In this document: piece by piece, positions 46,109 through 54,760 of the stretch
Layout of the letters: every line of letters begins with the position of its first letter
How positions within the stretch are numbered: the first letter of the stretch is position 1
Source: a virus
Taxonomy: Duplodnaviria; Caudoviricetes
Strand: one strand, 5' to 3'
Virus record (IMG/VR): IMGVR_UViG_2772190776_000003
Coordinates: 11,067-75,066 of that record
DNA: 64,000 nt
Translations under genes and position numbers: made by a program
Notes under the pieces: model-generated
Databases searched by the model: none
What the model was told of the DNA's origin: nothing
Seen by the model: only the letters and a program-made list of their open reading frames with translations

Positions 46109-47714
46109 AGCCAGCCGCCTCCTGCAGCACGTCATGGCGGCCTGCCAACTCGGCCGTAGCCAGCGCATCGGCCAAGGCACTGGCGTACTGATCCAGCGTC
46201 ATATCGGGCAGCAGCTGCTCCAGCCCATCGCGGATGTCTTGCAGGCTGGTGGCCCGCATCACCAGCTCGCGCAGTTGGGCCACCCAGCCGCCCGCTGCCG
46301 GGTCAGCCTGGCGGGCCAGCTGGGGCAGCATGGCCCCGGCCACGGTGCGCGGCTGAGATGGGGCTGTCTGTGCGGTCAGCGCGGCGGCGGCCGCAGGTGG
46401 AGTGCCGGGCACAGCAGGCGCGGCATGGGCAGCTATGGTAGTTGGGGCTGGGGTCAGCACCTCTTCGCCTGCTTGCGGCAGCGGAATGCCCAGACGGCGG
46501 TTGGCCCAGGTTTTGGGCACTTGCACGCCAACAGCCACCAGCTTGGGCAGAGCGTTGGACATGGACTCCATGTCCTCGGTTTCGTCGGCCGTCAGCCGCA
46601 TGCGTGGGCAGCGCTTGATACCACCCGGCGCCAGGCCATTGAGCGTGGCCATGGCGTAGACCAGGTCGCGGGTCAAGGTGGTGTTGAGCTGGCGCAAGTC
46701 GCCGTCGCGCAGGTCTTTGCGCACCTCGTTGTGCACATTGCCCAAGGCGTTGGTGCTGCTTTTGCCATCGGCCCCGCTGGTGAGCGTGCCGCCCAGGATG
46801 ACCTTGGACTGGTTGCGCTCACACCAGCTGATCATCAGCTCAAAGGCTTTGGGGTCACCCGTGGCAGCATCCTTGAAGTCGATGAGCATGCCGTCGGGGA
46901 TGATGCCCGCCGCGTTGTGGCCAATGCCCACCAGGGCACGCAGCAAGGTGGCTTTTTCCTTCTCAGTGGCATTGGCCGGGTATTTGCCCAGCCGCACAGG
47001 GATGCCATAAATCTCCAGAAACTCGGCCAGGTCGCCCACGGAGTAGTTTTTGAACAGGTACGTCCACACCAGCTGGCGAAACAGCGCCGTGCGCTCCAGG
47101 TAGCCGGATTTGGCCTTGTGGATGTGGGTGATCCAGTTGAACGGACGCAGCACCTCGCCCTGAATGCCGTCAGCGTCTGCGGTGTTGGAGCGCAGGCGCA
47201 GCTCCTGCCGGTAGCCACGGTGCAGCTGGAACCAGCTTTGCGGCCGGTGCGTGACGGTTTTGGGCAGCCACAGCTTGCCCTCACGGTGCCATTCCATTTC
47301 AAGGCATGCAAAGCCTTTTCCGATCGCGTCGGTGGCGTCAAAGATCACGTCTTCAAAGTCGGGGATAGCCTGCACCAGCTCGCCCAGTTGCTCGGCGTTG
47401 CGCTTTTCCAAGGCGCTGGCGCCCTCGGGCGGCACGACCTCCCAGTCCACGATGCAGGCGCGGCGGCGCTTGCCCATCTCGCTGGCAATGTGGCCGTCCT
47501 TCTCTTCCATGTCTTCAAACAGGTCGAACTGGGCCGTGAGGTCACCTTGCTCGGCCGCGTCCAGGATGGTGGCCAGTTTGCTGGGGGTGAGACCGCGTGT
47601 GGGGTGGGACTGCAGCTCACGCTGCAGGTGGCCCAGCTGGGAGGTTTGCGGGGTGCGGATGTCATCCATCTCAATCGGCTGGCCATCGGCCCCCAAAATC
47701 ATGCTTTTTGCCAT
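46098..47714 (-). CDS. Portal protein (Mu gp29/DUF935)
   Basis: LFEDMEEKDGH, EIYGIPVRLGKY, SKVILGGTLTS, ALGNVHNEVR. Confidence 0.92.
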   Translation of the reverse strand: MAKSMILGADGQPIEMDDIRTPQTSQLGHLQRELQSHPTRGLTPSKLATILDAAEQGDLTAQFDLFEDMEEKDGHIASEMGKRRRACIVDWEVVPPEGASALEKRNAEQLGELVQAIPDFEDVIFDATDAIGKGFACLEMEWHREGKLWLPKTVTHRPQSWFQLHRGYRQELRLRSNTADADGIQGEVLRPFNWITHIHKAKSGYLERTALFRQLVWTYLFKNYSVGDLAEFLEIYGIPVRLGKYPANATEKEKATLLRALVGIGHNAAGIIPDGMLIDFKDAATGDPKAFELMISWCERNQSKVILGGTLTSGADGKSSTNALGNVHNEVRKDLRDGDLRQLNTTLTRDLVYAMATLNGLAPGGIKRCPRMRLTADETEDMESMSNALPKLVAVGVQVPKTWANRRLGIPLPQAGEEVLTPAPTTIAAHAAPAVPGTPPAAAAALTAQTAPSQPRTVAGAMLPQLARQADPAAGGWVAQLRELVMRATSLQDIRDGLEQLLPDMTLDQYASALADALATAELAGRHDVLQEAAGYGH

Positions 47715-47883
47715 GTGGGCACCTCGTGAAGGGGATTGCGCCAGCGCATTGCATGGCTGCAAGGCGCGGCAAGGCGTTTACGGGCGTTTACAAGGCCGCA
47801 AACACAACAAACCGTGGGCGTTGCATACCCTCGGCCTAAAAATCGCTTAAATCGCCGGATTTCGGCAGCTGGGTGTTGCGGCA

Positions 47884-49428
47884 TCACCAGCCCTCGGCCT
47901 CGGGCATGGCCCAGTCGTTGTCATCCACGGCGCTGGGGTCGGCCCGGTGGTCAAAGCCACGGGCGTGGGTGGGCACGGGGATATAGTCGATGGGAATAAT
48001 CTTGAGCTTGGCCGCCGCATGGGCGTACACGCAGGCCATGGCGCGGTCGCCGTGGCTGTCGCCTTCGGTCTTGCCCTCCGGGATGCGCGCCACCCCGCGC
48101 ACCAGCCTGAAGGCGCGGTGGTCTTGCAGCAGGCCATCGTGCTTGGGCAGCGTGATTGTGCCGTCTTCAAACGCGGCCTTGTAACCGGGCATGTTGTCGC
48201 GGTACCAGCCCTCGGTGGGCATGAGCTTGAGCACCATGGCCCCATAGCGGTCTTCGGCGGATTCACCGATGTAGGAACCATTGCCCCGGCTGTCAATGAC
48301 GATGCCCGAGCAACGGGGCAACGCATCACAAATGGCGAACAGCACCTGCTCTTGCTGCTTGTAGGGGACGTTTTTCAGCTCGACCAGGAACGGCACACGC
48401 TCATGCAGGTTGGCTGCCACCTCCACCGGTGCCAGCACAGACAGGTCGCCCGTGCGCGCAAAGTCCATGCCCAGCGCGTGGCGCAGCTCGGGGGTGAGTT
48501 TCTTGAGCAGGGGCCGCAGCGTTTCGTCGATCCAGTCCTGCATGAGTGCTTTGCGCACTTCCGGGCTGGACTGGTTGAATGCTTTGGTGCCCGTAAAGCG
48601 GATGACGGGTGCCTCCACCATGCGGCTTTCCACCTGCACGCGGGTGAGCCAGGCACCACCGCCCTGGGCGGGAATGCAAAACAGCTCTTCGCCCTCGTTG
48701 GGGCGGTAGCGGTTGATGATTTCTTGCCGCCACTGGGCCTCGCCCTCGCGGCTCCAGGGCCGCTTGCTGACCGCACAGATCTTGCGGTATAGGCCATCAC
48801 GCAGGGCGTCGTCAAAGTCCACGCGGTGCAGGCTGTAGGGGTAGCGGCCTGCGCGCACATCGGTAATCAGTTCGTTGAACGGGTTGTCCTCGCCGTTGTG
48901 GGTGCTGATGATGCGGATTTGCCCGCCCCACATGGTCATGGCCATGGCGGCCTTGAGCAGCTCTTTGATGTCGTCCACAAAGGCGGCTTCGTCAATCACC
49001 AGCCGTTCACCGGGGCGCCCCTTGGAGCGCAGGTTGCGTGGGTTGCTGGTGAAGGCCTGAATCTTGTGGCCGCTGTCGAAGTGGATGCTGTAGCTGAGGA
49101 TTTGCTTGTCTTCCTCTTCCAGCACCGACTCTTGAATCTGGCTGGCGGCCGCATTGAAGGCCTTGGCCCAGCCGGCACAGTCCTGGATGAAGCCTTGGGT
49201 CATCTCCTTGTTGTAGGAGATGTAGTAGACGTTGGCCCCCTCGGCGCTGGCGGCATACAGCACGTCGTCGGCCGCCTCGGCATAGCTTAGACCGATGCGG
49301 CGTGACTTTTCCATGATCTTGACGGGTGCCATGTCTTCCACCCACTTGACCTGGTAGGCCATGAAGATGGCCTGGCTCAGCTCCGTAGGCTCTGGCGCTT
49401 GCAGCTCGGGGGTGACCTGCTCCATCAC
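47884..49428 (-). CDS. Terminase large subunit (Mu gp28-like)
   Basis: EKSRRIGLS, VIDEAAF, ISTHNG, GMDFAR, HGDRA. Confidence 0.92.
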   Translation of the reverse strand: MMEQVTPELQAPEPTELSQAIFMAYQVKWVEDMAPVKIMEKSRRIGLSYAEAADDVLYAASAEGANVYYISYNKEMTQGFIQDCAGWAKAFNAAASQIQESVLEEEDKQILSYSIHFDSGHKIQAFTSNPRNLRSKGRPGERLVIDEAAFVDDIKELLKAAMAMTMWGGQIRIISTHNGEDNPFNELITDVRAGRYPYSLHRVDFDDALRDGLYRKICAVSKRPWSREGEAQWRQEIINRYRPNEGEELFCIPAQGGGAWLTRVQVESRMVEAPVIRFTGTKAFNQSSPEVRKALMQDWIDETLRPLLKKLTPELRHALGMDFARTGDLSVLAPVEVAANLHERVPFLVELKNVPYKQQEQVLFAICDALPRCSGIVIDSRGNGSYIGESAEDRYGAMVLKLMPTEGWYRDNMPGYKAAFEDGTITLPKHDGLLQDHRAFRLVRGVARIPEGKTEGDSHGDRAMACVYAHAAAKLKIIPIDYIPVPTHARGFDHRADPSAVDDNDWAMPEAEGW

Positions 49429-50000
49429 ATGGTCCCCATGATGGCGGCGCGCAACGCTGCCACCCCGTTGGCGGACAAGCCAGCGGCCTTGGCCGTGGTT
49501 TCTGCGGTGGCGGCGGCGTCTTCCAGCGCTTTCTTGCGTGCCTCGGCCTCTACCTTGGCCTGGAATTGCTTCAAGTTGACGCTGGAGCGGGTGAGCGTGG
49601 CAATGTTCTTGGCCGCTTTGCTGAGCAAGGTGACGCGCTGGCCGGGGTCGGCCTCGGGGTCGTCGGCTTCTTGCAGCAGCAAGATGGCGTCAAACAGCTC
49701 GGTCTGCACCATGGCAACCAGGGCTTCAGAGCGGGCGTCTTCGTCGTCACCAGCATGCTGGCGAATCAGGCGTGCGGCTTCGGTGCTGGCCCGGATGGCG
49801 TTCAAGCGCCGATCCAGCTTGGCGCCGTAGCGGTGCAAGGCCGAGCGGCTGGGCAGTTCGCCCTTGCTGGCCTCGGTGGGAAAGCGCTCTTGCAGGTCTG
49901 CAATCAACGCATCCAGCGTCTGACTGCCTGTGGCCAGCATGGCCTGAATGTAGGCCTTGACGTCAGGACTCATGCGGTCGATGGAGCTTTTGCGGCCCAT
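49425..50000 (-). CDS. Terminase small subunit (DUF3486, Mu gp27)
   Basis: MGRKSSID start, SRSALHRYG. Confidence 0.88.
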   Translation of the reverse strand: MGRKSSIDRMSPDVKAYIQAMLATGSQTLDALIADLQERFPTEASKGELPSRSALHRYGAKLDRRLNAIRASTEAARLIRQHAGDDEDARSEALVAMVQTELFDAILLLQEADDPEADPGQRVTLLSKAAKNIATLTRSSVNLKQFQAKVEAEARKKALEDAAATAETTAKAAGLSANGVAALRAAIMGTM

Positions 50001-50003
50001 GGC

Positions 50004-50318
50004 TCAGCCCGCCCAGTACTTCTGGGGCCGGGCAATGCCAGGCTCGCAGTCGATGGTGTATTCGGCAATGTCTACGCCATTGCGGGTCAGCTCTGCATGC
50101 CAGGGGCCGCTGGGGTCTTTGCGCAGCTTGACCAGGTCACGGTCGCCCAGATAGTCCAGCTCACGGCGCAGCTCCAAAGGGCTGGCGTCGGGGTAGATGG
50201 ACTGGGCCACGGACAGGATGGGCGACTCCTGCGCGCCACAAGGGCGGGCATTGTTCAGTGTGAGCAAGATGAGCCAGCGCAGGCTCTCGCGGCGGACTTT
50301 GGCGTGGTCAATGTGCAT
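50004..50318 (-). CDS. Mu gp26-like wHTH protein
   Basis: RRESLRWLIL...ELDYLGDRDLV...LTRNGVDIAE. Confidence 0.75.
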   Translation of the reverse strand: MHIDHAKVRRESLRWLILLTLNNARPCGAQESPILSVAQSIYPDASPLELRRELDYLGDRDLVKLRKDPSGPWHAELTRNGVDIAEYTIDCEPGIARPQKYWAG

Positions 50319-50321
50319 GGC

Positions 50322-50678
50322 TTACCCTCTGTTGTTCTGGATGCTGGCAACGCGCAGCTGGGCGTTTTCGAGCTTGACGGCCACAGCGTCCAGCTTGGCT
50401 TCAATGACGCTTTGACCCCGGATGTAGTCTTCGCGGCGCACGTACTGCAGCGGCAGGTCGGCCCGCAGCTGCAGCATTTCGCGCTCAAGGCGCTGCCACT
50501 GCGCGGCCTCTTGTTTGTTGGTCTGCTCCATGCTGTCCAAGCGCGAGAGCAGTTGCAGGTGTGCAGCGTCCTGGTGCTTTTGGGCTTGCATCAGCCCAAA
50601 CTTGAGCAGGCCCACCACCACACCAAGCCCCGAGAGCAGCAGGCCTACCAGCTGCCAAAAATCAATCTGCAGGCTCAC
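50322..50678 (-). CDS. Membrane-anchored coiled-coil protein (Mu gp25-like)
   Basis: N-terminal TM, LPLQYVRREDY. Confidence 0.65.
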   Translation of the reverse strand: MSLQIDFWQLVGLLLSGLGVVVGLLKFGLMQAQKHQDAAHLQLLSRLDSMEQTNKQEAAQWQRLEREMLQLRADLPLQYVRREDYIRGQSVIEAKLDAVAVKLENAQLRVASIQNNRG

Positions 50679-50908
50679 AAGAACCGTCCTTTCATGCGCT
50701 CTTGGGCGCTTTGGCACTTCACGCAGCGCGTGCACCCTGGCACCGCCCAGCGGCGTGCTTGTGGAATTGGCTGCTCACAGTCCTGGCATTCGGTGGCTGA
50801 ATCGGTCATGGCTTTGCCCTGCAAGCCCGCCCTTGTGGCCTGGCGGCGCAAGGCGGTATCGCGCTGGCGTGCCTCCAGGTCTTGGGCGCGGTCGATGTCG
50901 TCAGTCAC
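50675..50908 (-). CDS. TraR/DksA C4 zinc-finger protein
   Basis: DDIDRAQ...CQDCEQPIPQARRWAVPGCTRCVKCQ. Confidence 0.88.
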   Translation of the reverse strand: MTDDIDRAQDLEARQRDTALRRQATRAGLQGKAMTDSATECQDCEQPIPQARRWAVPGCTRCVKCQSAQERMKGRFL

Positions 50909-51206
50909 TGGGCGGCTCCTGCGGCTGGCACGGTGCAGACACGGCTGTGCCATTGCTGGAGGCCGAGGACTTGGTCTCGGAGGCGGTCAGCGTCTGCTGC
51001 CAGCACTGTGTATCTGTGGCTGCACGTGCCGAGTAGCTCTCGGGCGGTGGTGGCTTCGCGAGTGCAGGCGGCAAGGCCGGTGTCGTCAACGGTAAAAGGC
51101 TTGGGTCTGCTGTTAAGCCGCTTGATTTCTGCGCGCAGGCTGCGCTCAGTAGCGGCAGCAAGAGCAAAGCGCTTTTCAGTAGTTGCTTGGCGTTGTGCTT
51201 GTTCAT
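50901..51206 (-). CDS. Embedded outer-membrane lipoprotein spanin (Rz1-like)
   Basis: Alternative frame within Rz: MNKHNAKQLLKSALLLLPLLSAA-C lipobox, Pro-rich. Confidence 0.7.
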   Translation of the reverse strand: MNKHNAKQLLKSALLLLPLLSAACAQKSSGLTADPSLLPLTTPALPPALAKPPPPESYSARAATDTQCWQQTLTASETKSSASSNGTAVSAPCQPQEPPSD

Positions 51207-51417
51207 CGGCCACTTTCTCGGCCGCACGCTGGCGCACGGCGTTGGCCTGGCCGGTGGCCAGATTGCGTTGGTAGGTTTCGGCGTTCCAGGCTTGCTGCAC
51301 ACGGGCAGCGCCTTGTGCATCGCCTTTGGCGATCAGATGGCCTTGGTAGCTGTGCACGCCCCAGACCAGGGCGGCCAGCGATGCTGCCCCCAGCAGCCAG
51401 TGCAGGCCCGGCTTCAT
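50905..51417 (-). CDS. Inner-membrane spanin (Rz-like)
   Basis: N-terminal TM and coiled coil, follows the endolysin. Confidence 0.75.
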   Translation of the reverse strand: MKPGLHWLLGAASLAALVWGVHSYQGHLIAKGDAQGAARVQQAWNAETYQRNLATGQANAVRQRAAEKVADEQAQRQATTEKRFALAAATERSLRAEIKRLNSRPKPFTVDDTGLAACTREATTARELLGTCSHRYTVLAADADRLRDQVLGLQQWHSRVCTVPAAGAAQ

Positions 51418-52040
51418 AAGCCCGGCCCCCAGTGGCTGTAGCGGGGCTGCAGCTCATTCAAGATGCGGCGCGGATACTGCAGGTTCTCCCCGCAGTGCAC
51501 AGCTGCGCGGCGGGCTTTCCCGCAGGCTGCGTCCACTTGCTCGCGTGTGGGCTGGGTGGCACCGGAAGCCACGGCCTCACGTTGCCAATGGCCCAGCCCG
51601 CCGTTGTAGGCACGCAGCGCCACCCACATGCGGTCGTAGCTGCTATAGCGGGTGGGCGTGCGGTCGTAGAGGTATTTGTTGTAGCCCACCAGGGCACGCA
51701 AGGCCCAGGCAGGGTTGTGCGGCAGGCAGGCTGCGGGGGCAATCTTGTTCAGGTCACACCACCAGCTGGCGGTGGCGGGCATGAACTGGGCCAGGCCCCC
51801 AGCGCCTACGCGGCTGATGGCCTCTGGCTTCCAGGCAGATTCTTGGTGTACCTGTGCGGCAAAGACGGCCACGGGTGCATCCAAGCCCCACACGCTGTGT
51901 GCGGTGCGCACCAGCTGGGCACGGTATTGCTGGGCTGCGGCTGGCACCTGGGCCTGCACAGGCTGAGCGCAGGTGCTGAGCACAGCACCTGTCAGCGCTG
52001 CAGCAGCCAGCAGCCAGGCACGCATGGAACGGGCGCGCAT
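51414..52040 (-). CDS. Endolysin, SLT lytic transglycosylase with an N-terminal signal
   Basis: QVHQESAW, GLAQFMPAT, AYNGGLG. Confidence 0.9.
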   Translation of the reverse strand: MRARSMRAWLLAAAALTGAVLSTCAQPVQAQVPAAAQQYRAQLVRTAHSVWGLDAPVAVFAAQVHQESAWKPEAISRVGAGGLAQFMPATASWWCDLNKIAPAACLPHNPAWALRALVGYNKYLYDRTPTRYSSYDRMWVALRAYNGGLGHWQREAVASGATQPTREQVDAACGKARRAAVHCGENLQYPRRILNELQPRYSHWGPGL

Positions 52041-52043
52041 GGC

Positions 52044-52487
52044 TTATCCCCCCATGCTGACCGCAATCATTGCGGCCGCGATGATGACGGCCCGGCGCAG
52101 CATGCAGCCCAGCATGAAGTGCAGCGGTGCCGGGTCAATGGGGCCGCAGGTGGCGGTCATGACCTCGTCCAGCGGGATGCGTTGCCCGTCGCCTGCGAGG
52201 ATGTAGCCGCGCTCCTGGTCTTCTTGCGTGATCTCGATGCCGTCCAGGTCCCAAAGGGTGCGCAGCGCACGGGTGTCGGGGCGTGCATAGGGAAAGACTT
52301 TGCGGTCAATCCAGTACCCGGACACAGCGGCCACAGCGATCAGGTTGAGCTTGTACAGGCTGACGGGGATTTGCTGCGGCGCGATGAAAAACACCGCCAG
52401 CGACAGCAGCGCTGCAATCAGCCACCAGCTGGTCAGTCTGGGCAGCTTGGATTCGGACACGGGGGCAGGGGCCATGGCGTACTCCAT
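52044..52487 (-). CDS. Putative holin (2-3 TM)
   Basis: APQQIPVSLYKL...GYWIDRKVFPYARP...MLRRAVII. Confidence 0.85.
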   Translation of the reverse strand: MEYAMAPAPVSESKLPRLTSWWLIAALLSLAVFFIAPQQIPVSLYKLNLIAVAAVSGYWIDRKVFPYARPDTRALRTLWDLDGIEITQEDQERGYILAGDGQRIPLDEVMTATCGPIDPAPLHFMLGCMLRRAVIIAAAMIAVSMGG

Positions 52488-52536
52488 AAAAGACTTTCGG
52501 TCTGAAAGCCTTTACTGTGAAGCGCCGCATGCCTGC

Positions 52537-52555
52537 GGTCTTTTACCCCGCGTTA
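52537..52555 (-). promoter_or_regulatory. Putative Mor-dependent late promoter (lysis operon)
   Basis: Shared motif with 44172-44190. Confidence 0.6.
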
Positions 52556-52562
52556 CTAAAAC

Positions 52563-52895
52563 AAAACGGCCAATTTGGCCGTTTTCAAATCCGCCAAATT
52601 GGCAGATTCCAGCGTGTCATCGTCGTGGGTGACAAGCTCAAGGAATGCACTGGCTCGCCAGTGAGTGCCAGCTCATCAATCTGTTCATCATCCAGAACCA
52701 GCATTTCAAACAGCTTGGACTGTGAATCGACTGATTTCAAAAGCGTCGACGTCGACGCTTTTGAGAACTTCAACGCCGATTGCATGAATTTCTGTGCCAC
52801 GCGGGTTTCAATGCCCAGTGCTTTTGACCTGGGTGCTTAAAACCGCCAAATTGGCGGATTTGGCGGTCTTTGCCGCTGACTGCATAAAGCGTTGT
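52563..52895 (-). repeat. Array of palindromes and captured DUF3102-gene fragments
   Basis: 52820-52895 and 52605-52654 are exact reverse complements of 56203-56278 and 56279-56328; 52655-52819 is a foreign homologous fragment; four palindromes. Confidence 0.9.
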
Positions 52896-52994
52896 TCTCA
52901 GGAACGTCACAATGCCAAGCCGTGCGCGACGGCTGGCAATGATCGCGGCCAGTGTGGCCAAGCCAAAAAAAACGATAAAGCCCAGTAGTTCCAT
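52770..52994 (-). pseudogene. Membrane-protein gene truncated by the captured fragment
   Basis: TM N-terminus MELLGFIVFFGLATLAAIIAS runs at 52895 into an out-of-frame copy of DUF3102-gene sequence. Confidence 0.5.
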
Positions 52995-53012
52995 GGTTTG
53001 CCCCCCCGGCGC

Positions 53013-53495
53013 TTATGCGCCTATTTCTTCGTGCATTTTGATTTCGCTTCGTTCAATGATCGTCTCACAGTAGCGGCGTGCACGAAATACCTCCCCGTCA
53101 GTCAGTTCAAGCACGCGGCTGGTGCCGAACGTGGTCTCCATCCACTTCACCACTGTCTGCTCTTTGCCGGTGCGGCGCATCAGCCGCAGCAGCTCCCTCC
53201 GGTCCACCGTGAGGCGCTGCTTTTTTTCAGTCTGCACTACTGGCCGGTTTTGAATGTGCAGGGTCACCTGGTTGACCACCACCGGGCCGCCTGCCTGGCC
53301 TATCTGTACATTGCCTTTGCCTACATCAGCCATGGTCATGCCAGTGCCCATATTTGCGGCCTCTGCTGCAGGCGTAAGTCCTTGCACTGGTGGTGGCGGG
53401 GGTGGCGGTTCTGTCTGTGGGGCCGGGCCATTGTTTAACACGTACCTCACTGCGGTTCGCAGCTTTTTTTTGAACCATTGCCACATTTCACACAC
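53013..53495 (-). CDS. Hypothetical protein co-transcribed with the repressor
   Basis: GGAG RBS; shares TMADVGKGNVQIGQ with the repressor tail TMSHVGDGNVQVGQ. Confidence 0.65.
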   Translation of the reverse strand: MCEMWQWFKKKLRTAVRYVLNNGPAPQTEPPPPPPPVQGLTPAAEAANMGTGMTMADVGKGNVQIGQAGGPVVVNQVTLHIQNRPVVQTEKKQRLTVDRRELLRLMRRTGKEQTVVKWMETTFGTSRVLELTDGEVFRARRYCETIIERSEIKMHEEIGA

Positions 53496-53532
53496 TCCCT
53501 GCCGTGACCCGGCCTTTGTTGTTATTGCCCGA

Positions 53533-53928
53533 TTACTGCCCTTGCTTGACTTTCACCCTCGCGCCTTGGCCCACCTGCACGTTGCCATCGCCCACATGCG
53601 ACATCGTCATGCCGCCTGGCGCCCCCGACGCTAATGCCGCGATGGCGGCCTTGCGCACGGCAGGCGCCGCATCACGAAAGAGATGCAGCAGGGTTTGCTC
53701 TTCCATGGTGAGCTGCGGTGCTTGTGTGTCTCCGCGTTTGCCCGTAACCACATAGGCCACGTCTACGCCGGCCATGGCCACGCCTGCCAGGTATTCGGCA
53801 TCTGGCGTGCGATCCCCTGCCTCGTAGTTGATCTGCGCGCGTTTTTGCACGCCGCCGATGGCGGCGAACCGTTCCTGAGAGACCTTGAGGCGCTCCCGTT
53901 CTTCGCGCAATCGTTGCCCTATGCTCAT
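53533..53928 (-). CDS. Transposable-phage repressor (XRE HTH)
   Basis: IGQRLREERERLKVSQERFAAIGGVQKRAQINYEAGDRTPDAEYL. Confidence 0.9.
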   Translation of the reverse strand: MSIGQRLREERERLKVSQERFAAIGGVQKRAQINYEAGDRTPDAEYLAGVAMAGVDVAYVVTGKRGDTQAPQLTMEEQTLLHLFRDAAPAVRKAAIAALASGAPGGMTMSHVGDGNVQVGQGARVKVKQGQ

Positions 53929-53947
53929 TTAGACACCAAAAAATGTA

Positions 53948-53976
53948 TTGCAAAGGTGCACAAACGTGCACATAAT
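53948..53976 (+). promoter_or_regulatory. Early promoter with operator
   Basis: TTGCAA-17-CATAAT with the GTGCAC-AAAC-GTGCAC dyad in the spacer. Confidence 0.7.
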
Positions 53977-54039
53977 GCGTTCAACAAGTTCAACAAATCA
54001 CTACTAGTTAGCGCTAGTAGCTACACAAAGGGACGCAGC

Positions 54040-54294
54040 ATGACACCCAAAACTTGCGAACAGGCCCCGGTGCTCAAAACGCGCGAACAAGTCCGCAACG
54101 AGTTCAGAAGCAAGGGCTTATCGATCTCCGCGTGGGCGGTGAAGCATGGTTTCAACCCTGCGCTGGTGACCGCCATCATCAACGATGACGATGCCAGGCC
54201 CGCACGCAAATGCCTGCGCGGCGACAGCCACAACATTGCTGTCGCGCTGGGCATCAAAAGCGGCGAGGTCTCCCGCGAGCGTCTGGTTGCCTGA
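54040..54294 (+). CDS. Ner-like DNA-binding protein (BcepMu gp16 type)
   Basis: GLSISAWAVKHGF...CLRGDSHNIAVALGIK; divergent from the repressor. Confidence 0.85.
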   Translation: MTPKTCEQAPVLKTREQVRNEFRSKGLSISAWAVKHGFNPALVTAIINDDDARPARKCLRGDSHNIAVALGIKSGEVSRERLVA

Positions 54295-54372
54295 GCGTCC
54301 CTATGTTGCAGCGAAATATTACAGGCAATCCGCCGGGCCAGGCGCAGCTGATGTTTGCCCAATGTCACCGCG

Positions 54373-54666
54373 TCACCCCCCGTACTTGCGGGTTTGAGGC
54401 AAGTCATTGCCGTCCACCAGTCCTGCCAGCTGGCACAGGTACAGCTGCCAGCTGTTCCATGCAGCGCCGTCGCGGTCTTTTCGTCCATCTGCCCGTGCCT
54501 GCAGCTCCAGCCTTTGCGCTGCATCCAGCAGGCTTTGCCGTGGCAGCTGGCGTGCCAGCTCAACCAGCAGCCAGTGCTGCGCCCATGCCTGGTCCTCGAG
54601 TGGCCGCAGGCGCTGCTGCACGGCCCGCTCGACCAGCTTTTGCATCAGTGAAGTGTCAACGCCCAT
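54373..54666 (-). CDS. Hypothetical protein
   Basis: 97 aa with a GGAGG RBS, antisense to the early operon. Confidence 0.5.
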   Translation of the reverse strand: MGVDTSLMQKLVERAVQQRLRPLEDQAWAQHWLLVELARQLPRQSLLDAAQRLELQARADGRKDRDGAAWNSWQLYLCQLAGLVDGNDLPQTRKYGG

Positions 54667-54760
54667 ATCGCCTCCATGCAGTTCGTTGGGGCCAGTGTCA
54701 AGGCGCGGTGCATTTCAGCGTGGATTTTTTTCGGAAGACATGAGGAAGGAGGAAGTTCAG

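Noticed and set aside
28824-51095. Long + strand ORFs (e.g. 28824-31313, 44750-46159, 46062-47729, 49566-51095)
   Set aside because: Antisense shadows of recognisable high-GC structural genes, with no motifs of their own.
52585-52800. 71-aa ORF as a functional gene
   Set aside because: It is a chimaera of the foreign DUF3102 fragment and out-of-frame resident sequence, with no clear RBS.
52563-52895. CRISPR array or DGR template repeat
   Set aside because: There is no constant repeat-spacer period, no cas or reverse transcriptase gene, and no adenine-specific mismatches between the copies, which are exact.
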